Origin: a virus
Lineage: Duplodnaviria > Heunggongvirae > Uroviricota > Caudoviricetes
IMG/VR virus record: IMGVR_UViG_2718217716_000005
Reading direction: 5' to 3' (one strand)
DNA length: 37,433 nucleotides
A program made the position numbers and the translations under genes. The notes under the pieces were generated by a model. The model searched no databases, was not told the origin of the DNA, and worked only from the letters and a program-made list of their open reading frames with translations. Below are positions 8,734-17,874 of the stretch, piece after piece (the stretch's first letter is position 1; the number at the start of each line of letters is the position of its first letter).

Positions 8734-9850
8734 AGCTGATCCCCTGTTTTTTCATCTTCTGGCGAATAAAGGCATCAACATCATCACCGGAACCACCGCC
8801 ACGGCCTTTGCTGTCCGGCTCTGCCGGAACGATAAAGCCGTCACGCGGTGCCAGAACCAGCCGGGTGACTTCCCCGTTCTGTTCATCCAGTAAAAACTCC
8901 ACCTGACAGACCAGCAGTTCAGTCTGTTCGATACCGAAACGCAGGGCTGAAACACCGGTCAGCAGATTGACATCCCATAACCGGCCATCATCCCGGAACC
9001 AGCCACGCACGGTGGCAGAAAACCGTTCTGAACGGGCAATCGCACGGCGCATTTCACGCAGGGCACGCTGCCGTGCACCGGTGGCGTCTGTCTGTTGATC
9101 GGCGAGGATGATTTTCGGCCGGTAGCGGCCGATCTGCTCATCACTGATGACGCCCACAGGTGCTGCCAGCCGGGCGGCGGATTCGCTGTCTCCCCGTTTG
9201 CCACCACCGCGCCCGTGCCCCCGGACACGGTATTCGCTGTATCGTCCTCGCCAGTCCGTGTTGTAATCGGCATCAAGCAGGTTATCTCCCAGTACCAGTC
9301 TGTCCGTCTGCTGGCTTCCTGCCTGGGTGAACACCAGATCGCCGTCAGCATTACTGGTCACCAGCACCCCGCGATGCCGGGCAGCACGGGTCAGCGCATC
9401 CGCCACGGTTTCTGAGTTTTCCAGCGTAAAAGAGCTGAAAGGGCGTGCAGCCGTGTCGTCGTTAACCTGCCAGCGCACAGCTATCCCGAAGGGCGCACAT
9501 AAATCTGCGGCAATCTGTGCCAGCGTCCGGTTGCGCCACTGGCTGCCGGGATGGATGGCGGCACAGTCCACCAGGTCGCCGGTTTTATCCCGACCGCTGA
9601 TGCTGATCTGATGACGGGTTGCACTGATCCGCTGACTGACCTGATCCAGCCAGCCACTGATGACCGTCTGCCCGTTAATTCTGAGCGTCAGGGACTGACC
9701 GGTCCGCAGGGCTGAGGGGATGCGCTCACCGGGCAGCATCAGCCCCAGTTCAAACGACCCGGCCAGATGCTCCAGCGAGCGACGGACGCTGACCGTCAGC
9801 CAGCCGGAAAAAATACTGCCACCGATATACAGTTCAATCCTGCTGCTCAC
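8723..9850 (-). CDS. Baseplate hub / late-control-D-like tail protein (Mu P position)
   Basis: 375-aa ORF between the N-like gene and the spike, overlapping both. Confidence 0.65.
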   Translation of the reverse strand: MSSRIELYIGGSIFSGWLTVSVRRSLEHLAGSFELGLMLPGERIPSALRTGQSLTLRINGQTVISGWLDQVSQRISATRHQISISGRDKTGDLVDCAAIHPGSQWRNRTLAQIAADLCAPFGIAVRWQVNDDTAARPFSSFTLENSETVADALTRAARHRGVLVTSNADGDLVFTQAGSQQTDRLVLGDNLLDADYNTDWRGRYSEYRVRGHGRGGGKRGDSESAARLAAPVGVISDEQIGRYRPKIILADQQTDATGARQRALREMRRAIARSERFSATVRGWFRDDGRLWDVNLLTGVSALRFGIEQTELLVCQVEFLLDEQNGEVTRLVLAPRDGFIVPAEPDSKGRGGGSGDDVDAFIRQKMKKQGISFDE

Positions 9851-11192
9851 TGATCACCTCCACGCTGCGGCCCCCCGGAACAAAAACCGGATCGGAGATA
9901 TTGTTTCTGCGGACAAAATACTGCCAGCGACTGCTGTTGCCGGTGGCACGGTACAGCGTGACCAGTGCCGGTTCGGTGGTGCGAACCATGACCTGAAAAG
10001 CACCGGGAAGATGCACGCTCCGTGTGGTTAAATCTTCTGTCAGCGCAAGCCCTGCATCACGTAATGCAAGGGCAGTCCCGGTATAGCCCTGTGCGGACAG
10101 ATCCAGCACCTGTTGTTCCATGGCATCGCTCAAATCCCGGTTGATACGCTGCACATCAGCAGAACTTTCCAGCCATGCCAGTCCGCCCGAACGGTCAGTA
10201 TCCTGAACGTGCGTCGTATTCTGCCGGATGACCTGATCCAGCAGTTTTCCGACCGTCTGTGCCTGCGACACCAGGGTTGCACTCTGCATCACGCTCCGCA
10301 GCAGACGGATATTTTTCTGTGCCGCAGGCGTCAGGCCAATCAGGCGCTGTGGATCATCCTGTTCGCTGAGGGTGTAACGCAGGGAGGAAAGTGTGCGGTA
10401 CAGCTGCGGCATGGACTGCTCTGCCATGCTGTCACGGTTTGTGGTCAGGCTGCCGGACGGCGTTCCGGCTTTTCCGGTCAGAGACAGGGAAGGATCGCCG
10501 GGCAGCCCGGTCAGCACGGCAAACATTCCGGCCAGCGATTCAGCCATGCGACGGGGCGCATTAATCAGGGCGGCGGCATTGCCTTTCAGGGCAGTAAAAC
10601 TGGCCGTAAAGGCACTGATATCCTGCACAATCCCCATCCCCGAAACGGCATTCTCCAGTGCATCAATCTTATCGCTGATGGTGTCGGTCATGGCCTGTAC
10701 ATCATGCAGACCGTCTGAAATCACCGTCCAGCCGTCTGAAAGCGTGTTAAACAGCTGATTCATTGCTGAGCCGCTTTTCTGCTCCAGCGCAGCTGCCGTA
10801 TCTTCTGCCACCGAAGGGGCGGTATCGTCACTGGCGGGGATCACGTTGATCGTGAACTCAACCGTTCCCTGCTCGCTGGCGTTATAACGGCTTTCAAAGC
10901 TGTTTATCAGCACGTTTAACGTGCCGTAATCCGGGTGCATTAGTTCACCGGCACCGGGTGCACGCAGCGCATCACGCAGGCGGCTTCGCTGTGTCTGAAG
11001 ATCGTCTCCGGTCACCAGAACCGTGAATGTGAACTCCGGGAGTTTTGGCCCCAGATCATCCGCACCGCCGCTTTCACGCAGTGGGTATTCACGGCGCACA
11101 ATGTTACGTCCGCCCCGTTCCCGCTGCTCCTGATAAACCAGGAACGGTACGCCACGAAAGGAGCCACGCCCCGGCGTGTCAGTAGAGGCCAT
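9834..11192 (-). CDS. DNA circularisation protein N-like tail protein
   Basis: 452-aa ORF immediately after the tape measure gene, as Mu N. Confidence 0.65.
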   Translation of the reverse strand: MASTDTPGRGSFRGVPFLVYQEQRERGGRNIVRREYPLRESGGADDLGPKLPEFTFTVLVTGDDLQTQRSRLRDALRAPGAGELMHPDYGTLNVLINSFESRYNASEQGTVEFTINVIPASDDTAPSVAEDTAAALEQKSGSAMNQLFNTLSDGWTVISDGLHDVQAMTDTISDKIDALENAVSGMGIVQDISAFTASFTALKGNAAALINAPRRMAESLAGMFAVLTGLPGDPSLSLTGKAGTPSGSLTTNRDSMAEQSMPQLYRTLSSLRYTLSEQDDPQRLIGLTPAAQKNIRLLRSVMQSATLVSQAQTVGKLLDQVIRQNTTHVQDTDRSGGLAWLESSADVQRINRDLSDAMEQQVLDLSAQGYTGTALALRDAGLALTEDLTTRSVHLPGAFQVMVRTTEPALVTLYRATGNSSRWQYFVRRNNISDPVFVPGGRSVEVISEQQD

Positions 11193-13236
11193 AGTTCCCT
11201 CCGTTCCAGACGTTCACATCCAGGCCATGCTGTGCGGTATCATCCACATCAATACTGCGCGCCCGCCAGCCTTCAGGGGCCACAAGCTCCACCCGTGCGG
11301 CGGTTTTCGCGGTGGCCTGTCCGCCGTTTTCGTCACTGCTGCCACGCAGTTTCTGCCAGGCCTGCGTCAGCCAGCCCCCCAGATAATCACCGAGATAGCT
11401 GCCCACTGTGGAACCAATGGCAACCCCGACCGGACCGGCAGCAGCCCCCAGCGCGCCACCGGCGATACTTCCGGCAAGGGAACCCACGGCACCGGCTTTA
11501 TCGGCTGCGCTGGCGCTGCTGTCCAGCAGTACAGGAGCCGCCATGGCACCGGCCCACAGGGCACCACCACCCAGCCGACCGGCACCACGGAACAGCCCGG
11601 CAAAACGCCCCAGCCCCATGCGGTTTCCGGCCGCCGTTAGCAGACCACCGGCACGGCTCATCATACGACCGAAGAAGCCCTGTTTACCGGCGCTCTCCGC
11701 CAGCTGCTCACCGGCGGTCACGACGGTCGTGACACCCCGCCCGCGTCCGGGGCCGCGTTTTTTACGGCCTCGCACGGTTTTGCCGTCACCGCTGACCACC
11801 ACATCCCCGCCACCTGAGGCCATGCCACCCGCAGGCCAGTTGGTGACCAGCACGGGCTGAACGGCAGCAGGATTTACCCCGGTAAGGAAATTCAGGAAGC
11901 GGCCAGCGCGTCCGGGCTGCGTTCCCGGCACAGTGGTCTGCGGTTTGCGGAAGGGCGACGTCAGCACGGAGGTCATCGCCATACCATAGCGTAAGGGGGT
12001 TGCACCAAGACGTAATGCCCCCGTCCCCGCAAACCTGAGCACCTTCAGCGCGCGGGAGGCGAGATACATATACATCAGGTATTTTGCGGCGGTCTGCGCC
12101 CCCTGACCAATACGATCCAGTGCATCGCCATAACCGGCGTCGCGCAGTGCCTGAAGCGTTTCCCTGACTTTCTGAATGGCCCGGTAAAAGCCGGTTGCAG
12201 CGTCTCTGGCATACTCGAATCCCTGATTCAGGGCTGAGGCCGTCTGTGTGGCCAGCTTATCCTGTAAGCCGCTTTTCTGTGCCGCATCAGCATAATCCAG
12301 AAAGCCTTTCAGGCTCTTTTTCAGGCTGTCAAACGGTCCCTTTGCCATCACCTCACGGGCAAATCCGTCCCAGACGTCGCCCATCATGGACGTCATTCCC
12401 GTCCATGAGTTCATGGCGTTTTTCTGGGCACCTTTTGCCTGTTCGGCCATCACCTGAAATAACAGGCGAATGCTGTCCGGCCCCAGTTTTCCCTTGCTTC
12501 CCAGATCACGAAGCGTTTTCTGGTTAACCCCCAGCTTATCAGCCAGCAACTGGTAAACGTTGATCCCGTAATCCGTAAGAATATTTGCATCTTCCGCCTG
12601 GATACTCTGACGGGCAAACATCTGCTTCAGTTGCATGGAAGCACCCTGAGCACGGTCAAGAGACCATCGCTGAAGTGCCCCCTGATCCTCAAGCATGGTG
12701 ATATAACTTCGTGCCTGTGCATCGGTCATCCCAAAACCACGGCTTGAAGCATACTCCTGCATAACACCAGACAATCCCCATGTGGTGTCTTTGGCGTTTT
12801 GCTCTGCCCACTTACGAATTTCTTCTGTTTTTTCCGTATCACCTTTGTTCAGAGCGTTAAGGCGAAGAATATGATCTTCCATCTCTGCGGCCGGGCGGAT
12901 AAAGGCTTTATTAAAACCGTAGACCGCAGCCCCTCCCGCCAGCATCCCGTAAAGGTTGCTTATCCGCCCGATGGTGCCGGTAATGCTGCCCTGCAGGCGG
13001 TCAAAATCTGACGTTACCGTGCGGATGCTGCCACGAACACCGGCAAGCGTTCGCTGCATACGGGAGCCGACAAGTTCTGTTTCCTGACCGGCCCGGCGGG
13101 CTGCATTTCCAAGACCACCCAGGCCTGTCCTGCCGGAACGGGAGAACGCCCCCAGCTCCTGTGACCACTGGCGGGATTTGGCGGAAATATTGCCGAGTAA
13201 ATCGACAATCAGGGAGGCTTTCAGGTTTTTTGCCAT
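11179..13236 (-). CDS. Tail tape measure protein
   Basis: 685-aa Gly/Ala-rich ORF with helical N-terminal half, downstream of tube and chaperone genes. Confidence 0.8.
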   Translation of the reverse strand: MAKNLKASLIVDLLGNISAKSRQWSQELGAFSRSGRTGLGGLGNAARRAGQETELVGSRMQRTLAGVRGSIRTVTSDFDRLQGSITGTIGRISNLYGMLAGGAAVYGFNKAFIRPAAEMEDHILRLNALNKGDTEKTEEIRKWAEQNAKDTTWGLSGVMQEYASSRGFGMTDAQARSYITMLEDQGALQRWSLDRAQGASMQLKQMFARQSIQAEDANILTDYGINVYQLLADKLGVNQKTLRDLGSKGKLGPDSIRLLFQVMAEQAKGAQKNAMNSWTGMTSMMGDVWDGFAREVMAKGPFDSLKKSLKGFLDYADAAQKSGLQDKLATQTASALNQGFEYARDAATGFYRAIQKVRETLQALRDAGYGDALDRIGQGAQTAAKYLMYMYLASRALKVLRFAGTGALRLGATPLRYGMAMTSVLTSPFRKPQTTVPGTQPGRAGRFLNFLTGVNPAAVQPVLVTNWPAGGMASGGGDVVVSGDGKTVRGRKKRGPGRGRGVTTVVTAGEQLAESAGKQGFFGRMMSRAGGLLTAAGNRMGLGRFAGLFRGAGRLGGGALWAGAMAAPVLLDSSASAADKAGAVGSLAGSIAGGALGAAAGPVGVAIGSTVGSYLGDYLGGWLTQAWQKLRGSSDENGGQATAKTAARVELVAPEGWRARSIDVDDTAQHGLDVNVWNGGNYGLY

Positions 13237-13239
13237 GGG

Positions 13240-13434
13240 TTACTGCTTCGTTCTGAGAATTTTTTCGGTCTGTCGGCAGTGCCGGTAAAGCTGCGATAAG
13301 GGGAGGTTAAGCGCCCACTCCGGGCCGCTTTTTGTCACCATCCCCAGCACAATTGCCGCTTCTTCAATCTGATCCCGGCACTGCATCTGGTCGCCCCCGT
13401 TCAGCGACCAGCTTTCCGGCCATCGCGGAATCAA
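13240..13434 (-). CDS. Possible frameshift-extension ORF of the tail assembly chaperone (reached by +1/-2 shift)
   Basis: Overlaps the last 71 nt of the chaperone ORF in another frame and runs to 4 nt before the tape measure start; begins at TTG, so unlikely to be independently initiated. Confidence 0.3.
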   Translation of the reverse strand: MIPRWPESWSLNGGDQMQCRDQIEEAAIVLGMVTKSGPEWALNLPLSQLYRHCRQTEKILRTKQ

Positions 13435-13843
13435 GCAGGCTTACCGCCGCCATCAGACGGGAGAGATCGCGCTCGCTGAGCTGTCCAATCTGACGCGGAG
13501 ACAATGGCCCTTCAATCTGGCCGACAGCAGCAATCTGGCGGCGCAGCAGTGCAATGCCGCGCAGTGCCGGTGAGGCTATCAGAACCGGGCCGCCATTTCG
13601 GGTTTCCATAAGACGCTCGGCCTCGGTTTCCGCATCAATGCTGTCTTTCGCCGTCAGTTCGCGGAAGGTGACGCGGTATTCACGGGATTCACCGAACGGC
13701 AGGCCGTCGAGCAGATCCACATAGCCGTTCGCCAGCTGTTCAGCCAGTCCGGTGGTGCGGGGATCGCCGTCTTCAAGTGCATCCCGGATAGCCTCCATCA
13801 CGGCCTCGTCAGAAACCGCCGTTTTTTTCTTACGTGTGCTCAT
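13364..13843 (-). CDS. Tail assembly chaperone (between tube and tape measure)
   Basis: 159-aa acidic protein in the conserved position. Confidence 0.6.
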   Translation of the reverse strand: MSTRKKKTAVSDEAVMEAIRDALEDGDPRTTGLAEQLANGYVDLLDGLPFGESREYRVTFRELTAKDSIDAETEAERLMETRNGGPVLIASPALRGIALLRRQIAAVGQIEGPLSPRQIGQLSERDLSRLMAAVSLLDSAMAGKLVAERGRPDAVPGSD

Positions 13844-13857
13844 TACATTTTTCCTGA

Positions 13858-14223
13858 TTACTGGACACGGGTACTGGTGGCGCTGGCGAACTTCGCGGAG
13901 ATATCACCGCCACCGTCAAGCGAGGCCGGTTCACTGCTCCAGGCCTTCGTCATCATGTGGACTTCACCGGTATCGGCCACGAACTCAATCGTGACCGCAG
14001 TCCAGGTGTTGATTTCATCGGCAGCCGGTGAACCTTCTCCGCCAGCCGGAAATTTACAGTCCAGCGTCGCCTCGCGGGGTTTCTCGCGATAGCCGTAAAC
14101 TTTCGCGCCTTTCACCACTTCACGCTCAAAGCCGGACGGGGAGAACGTAGCCCCCTCAAGGGTGGCGTACTCCTGTCCGTTCACACGGATGGTGGCCGTG
14201 CCCTGATGTTTATTTCCGCTCAT
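13858..14223 (-). CDS. Tail tube protein (Mu M-like)
   Basis: 121-aa ORF immediately downstream of the sheath gene. Confidence 0.7.
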   Translation of the reverse strand: MSGNKHQGTATIRVNGQEYATLEGATFSPSGFEREVVKGAKVYGYREKPREATLDCKFPAGGEGSPAADEINTWTAVTIEFVADTGEVHMMTKAWSSEPASLDGGGDISAKFASATSTRVQ

Positions 14224-14231
14224 GCCTTACC

Positions 14232-15713
14232 TCACAAAATGAAACGGATCTGCGCGGCCATGAAGCGGAACTGGTTAACCAGATCCGGTGTACACATCAC
14301 ATCCAGACGGTTACGGTCTTTTGTGTTGCGCTCCACGAGCAGATTCTTTTTAAAGGTGTCCAGATTTTCGACCAGTCCCAGATCCACCCATTCTTCCCCC
14401 AGCGCAATCAGCTGGAGCGTCATGATCTCCGGCGTCACGATATTCTGACCGGGCCGGACGGGAGTACCGTTATCGGCCAGTTTGTGGCGCGGGAAACGCT
14501 GCGTGATAAAGGTGCGCAGGGAATAACGCAGATATGACAGGGTGTAGATGGTTTCCACATCCAGATAGCTGGGATCGCTTTCGCCGTATGCATTCTGACG
14601 GTACATCGTCACCTGACGTTCAATCTGCACCACATCAGCGGCCGCGACGGTCACCGTGGACATGCCGGTATAAAGCAGGCTGTTTCGCTCTTCCCGTGTC
14701 AGGCGATCTGATTCTGCCGGTGCCAGTCGAGCAGGCAACGCCAGCGTCTGGAGTGGGCGGGCAGGATCGGCAGACAGTGACGGTGCACAGACTGCACAAA
14801 TAGAAGCTGCCCAGACATAATCCGGCTCTGGTGCCTTCGGAATGGAGGTACAGGTAAACAGGAAATCATTACGGGACTCACCAAAACTGGTTGCCGTGCC
14901 GAAGGTGCCGGTATGCGCCATCCAGACCATACCGTCTGACATTTTTACCGGTCCCCAGCGTTTCAGCAGTTCTTCCGCCAGAATTTTGAGATTCGCCGCA
15001 TCCTTATAGGGCATCACAATATAGTTATACTGGCGCGTCCCCATGGCAGCGATGCTGTTGGTAATATCCGGGTTTTTCGGCGCGGTGCCTCCGGCAGTGG
15101 AAACAACAATCCCGGCGGGTGTCACTTCACCGGAATAATAATTCAGCCGGATATCATGCACGGAGCATTCGCCGGTAAATTTTGCCGTCAGGGTGATCAC
15201 TTTTTTTGTCTGATCCTGATTATCCGGGGGGACGCTGGTCGTGGCGCTGACCGGACAGTCCTGGTCTGCGTTAATCATCGCGGCAAGCGCATCCGCCAGA
15301 AGATTACCCGGTTTGCCTTTGCTGACGGCCAGACGGTAAGGACGTCCGGCGATATAGAGATTCAGCACATTGTCTTCCGTTGCTGTACCGGAAAGCGTGA
15401 TGGTGCCGGATGTGGCCGTGCCGGTGCCTTCCCCCTGTGCAATGCCGTACAGCTCCGTATCAGGGTTAATGGCAATAAACGCTGCCACCATCTGCGCAAT
15501 CATGGAGCCACGCCCCCAGAGTTCTGTCGCCTGAGACGCGCGGGTGATACGGACAGGAGAATCAACAACACCAAACGCATTACGGTTTCGCTGACCAAAC
15601 AATAGCACCGCCTGACGCTGCGGCGGCGTGCCGGTCACGGCCATTGAGTTATTGATTTCAATCTGTACCAGCGGGATGCGATTGTTATCGCCGATAAAAT
15701 CAAAGTTAATCAT
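14232..15713 (-). CDS. Contractile tail sheath protein (Mu L-like)
   Basis: 493-aa ORF, size and position as Mu L. Confidence 0.8.
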   Translation of the reverse strand: MINFDFIGDNNRIPLVQIEINNSMAVTGTPPQRQAVLLFGQRNRNAFGVVDSPVRITRASQATELWGRGSMIAQMVAAFIAINPDTELYGIAQGEGTGTATSGTITLSGTATEDNVLNLYIAGRPYRLAVSKGKPGNLLADALAAMINADQDCPVSATTSVPPDNQDQTKKVITLTAKFTGECSVHDIRLNYYSGEVTPAGIVVSTAGGTAPKNPDITNSIAAMGTRQYNYIVMPYKDAANLKILAEELLKRWGPVKMSDGMVWMAHTGTFGTATSFGESRNDFLFTCTSIPKAPEPDYVWAASICAVCAPSLSADPARPLQTLALPARLAPAESDRLTREERNSLLYTGMSTVTVAAADVVQIERQVTMYRQNAYGESDPSYLDVETIYTLSYLRYSLRTFITQRFPRHKLADNGTPVRPGQNIVTPEIMTLQLIALGEEWVDLGLVENLDTFKKNLLVERNTKDRNRLDVMCTPDLVNQFRFMAAQIRFIL

Positions 15714-15988
15714 CAGGACGTCCCCTTATCTGATGCTGCGGGTTTTTCAGCCGCCGCAGGTTTTTCTGCTGCCGCTCCCGCTGGTTTTGCAGCCTCGCCG
15801 GTATTACCTGTTGTGGCTGCCGGGGCAGGCTCCGCCGTTTTATCCACCACAATGACGTCGCCATCATTAAGACGGCGGCACCAGAACGGAGTGAAGGGTT
15901 TCTCTTCCCCGTCCTGTGAGAGCGGATTCATCGTGTCGGGATCGCGGATCAGGCATCCCGGCGCAGGTTTAATAAAAATGGTTTTCAC
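15713..15988 (-). CDS. Small tail-region protein (Mu gp38-like) with Ala/Lys/Pro-rich C-terminus
   Basis: 91-aa ORF whose stop overlaps the sheath start. Confidence 0.55.
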   Translation of the reverse strand: MKTIFIKPAPGCLIRDPDTMNPLSQDGEEKPFTPFWCRRLNDGDVIVVDKTAEPAPAATTGNTGEAAKPAGAAAEKPAAAEKPAASDKGTS

Positions 15989-16063
15989 TTGCTCTCCTTG
16001 TACTTGTGATGAGCTTCCTGACCGGGCATTCTGATAGTTTCTTCACCAACATAAGGAGTCTTT

Positions 16064-16330
16064 ATGTCATCAGAAAATCAACCATCACCAGAGATTCAGT
16101 TCGCTCATGACCTTGTAAATGGGTTAGCTATTGCGGTGAATATTCTGATCCAGAAACTGGAACAGGACGGAACACTGTCCATGAATGAATTTCTGGACAA
16201 ACTTCGTCAGCAACACACTGGTTTACTCGCACAGAACCAGAAAACTATCGCTCATGGCGTCAACCTGCTTTTGGGATCGCTTGAGTATGTGACGACCACG
16301 AAGAGCGACCAGACAAATCAAGCTCACTAA
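16064..16330 (+). CDS. Hypothetical helical protein (88 aa), opposite-strand insertion inside the tail cluster
   Basis: ATG at 16064 preceded by TAAGGAG at 5-nt spacing. Lower GC than flanking genes. Followed by its own stem-loop. Confidence 0.55.
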   Translation: MSSENQPSPEIQFAHDLVNGLAIAVNILIQKLEQDGTLSMNEFLDKLRQQHTGLLAQNQKTIAHGVNLLLGSLEYVTTTKSDQTNQAH

Positions 16331-16393
16331 TTAACTGAAGGCATTCGGCACGGGACTTTACCAGCCAGGATGCCACCCATGAGTTGTGATTCC

Positions 16394-16423
16394 CGGCAGA
16401 AGTCATCGCCATGGCTTCTGCCG
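16394..16423 (+). terminator. Hairpin cggcagaag ... cttctgccg followed by T-rich sequence, downstream of the plus-strand insertion
   Basis: 9-bp stem with 12-nt loop, then tattatcc. Confidence 0.45.
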
Positions 16424-16447
16424 TATTATCCTGATGTTTATCCATCG

Positions 16448-17005
16448 TCAGACCTCTTCGTTGGGATTCATGTTTTCACCTGTACCCTTAAGATGAATAT
16501 GTGCCTCAAACGGCGACGTACCGGGCGGCTCCACAAAGGTTTCGTAATGGCGCAGGAAATCATCCAGCGAGCTGATATCCGTCAGCGGGTCGATCATTTC
16601 CTCGCATGAGAAATACAGGGCGTACATCACGGCACCGCTGTCTGCCTGCGTTTCGGTGTAACCGTTAAGCGCCTTTTCAAAGTAAAGCGGTGAGGTTTTT
16701 TCTGTCCTGAAACCGTCCAGCACGGTAATCAGGCGGGCCACAATCTGATAAAGTCCGGGACGGCTGACCTCACGGCCATTGAGCATGTCGCCGATGACGT
16801 AGAACACCCAGTGGCTGACCAGACGTCCACGGGTACGCCCTTCACCGGCACCCAGCCAGGCAACGTAGATCGCCGGGGCGCTAATCAGCATGGTGCGCAG
16901 CACACTGTCGCTCCAGTCGCCGGGATGCGTGTCAACTGACACCAGTTCATTCCCGAAATACTCACGGATACGGGCGATGTACGCCTGTTCGGTTTCCGTA
17001 ATCAT
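16448..17005 (-). CDS. Tail completion/neck protein (Mu K position)
   Basis: 185-aa ORF in conserved order. Confidence 0.55.
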   Translation of the reverse strand: MITETEQAYIARIREYFGNELVSVDTHPGDWSDSVLRTMLISAPAIYVAWLGAGEGRTRGRLVSHWVFYVIGDMLNGREVSRPGLYQIVARLITVLDGFRTEKTSPLYFEKALNGYTETQADSGAVMYALYFSCEEMIDPLTDISSLDDFLRHYETFVEPPGTSPFEAHIHLKGTGENMNPNEEV

Positions 17006-17421
17006 ATAAAGCCCTTCTGGTTGCGCCCGAACACCGCCGCATCAGACTGTACCTGCGGTAAGTCCCCGGATTCAGGGGCCGCACCGTCGGTATCCACGCC
17101 GACCGGCACGTTGCCGTTCATGACGTCTTTCAGCCAGGCCAGCGCCTCACGATAACGGTCACGCGCCTGTTCAGCTCCCCGTTGATCGCACAGGTAATAA
17201 AAGGCAATCGCGCAGCAGTGCTGAACAAGGACCGCCGGAACCACCGCCAGCGGCAGCGTGTAACGGGCAGACAGGTAGCTGTCGATAAGGGCAGACGCGT
17301 CCGTCAGCGCCCGGTTCAGTTTGCGCGTGTCCGGTTCATCCGAACGGGGCACGGCCAGTAATGACCTGAGCAAATCCTCGCGGTAACGCGCCCGCATATC
17401 GGTTTCGGTGGCGTAATTCAT
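17002..17421 (-). CDS. Head-tail joining protein (Mu J position)
   Basis: 139-aa ORF overlapping both neighbours. Confidence 0.55.
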   Translation of the reverse strand: MNYATETDMRARYREDLLRSLLAVPRSDEPDTRKLNRALTDASALIDSYLSARYTLPLAVVPAVLVQHCCAIAFYYLCDQRGAEQARDRYREALAWLKDVMNGNVPVGVDTDGAAPESGDLPQVQSDAAVFGRNQKGFI

Positions 17422-17831
17422 GCGCGCGCCTTTTTTTTCTGTCTGGCTTTATTGCCGGTCTTTTTCCGGGGAGCATCCTGTCCGGCTTCGGCTTCGGCTT
17501 CGGCTTCGGCTTCGGCTTCGGCTTCGGCTTCGGCTTCGGCTTCGGCTTCGGCTAAATCTGCACCGGTCGCTGCATGAACCACACCCGCCACGGCTCCCGC
17601 ATCATCACCAGGCGTCTGTAGTATTCGTACAGTGAGGCATGGCTCCGCTTCCAGTCGGGCAAGCTGTTCCGGGGTGACGTCAACCTGCTGGCGTCCCCGC
17701 ATGAACAGGAACCCCGCACGACGAAACTGCGCACGATTGCAACGCACTTCTGCCAGTACCGTGACAGGATTGTCACCACTGACCTGAAGGCCTGAGTCAT
17801 CTGTTGCTGCCACAGTGTGATGTTCATTCAT
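17418..17831 (-). CDS. Hypothetical head-region protein with internal (Glu-Ala)n repeat and basic C-terminal tail
   Basis: 137-aa ORF between the major head gene and the J-like gene. Contains AEAEAEAEAEAEAEAEAEAEAEA and ends KKTGNKARQKKKARA. Confidence 0.55.
   Translation of the reverse strand: MNEHHTVAATDDSGLQVSGDNPVTVLAEVRCNRAQFRRAGFLFMRGRQQVDVTPEQLARLEAEPCLTVRILQTPGDDAGAVAGVVHAATGADLAEAEAEAEAEAEAEAEAEAEAEAGQDAPRKKTGNKARQKKKARA
17484..17552. repeat. Perfect hexanucleotide tandem repeat (GGCTTC)x11.5, in-frame, coding (Glu-Ala)n on the minus strand
   Basis: Seen directly as ggcttc repeated without interruption for 69 nt. Confidence 0.95.
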
Positions 17832-17874
17832 ATTTGCCCTCCGCAGGGGCCGGGCCGTAAGCCCGGCTCACCGT

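Noticed and set aside
17484-17552. Tandem repeat that could be mistaken for a CRISPR array or a phase-variation tract
   Set aside because: The unit is 6 nt with no spacers and lies inside a coding frame; it is an in-frame microsatellite, so it changes protein length rather than switching expression.
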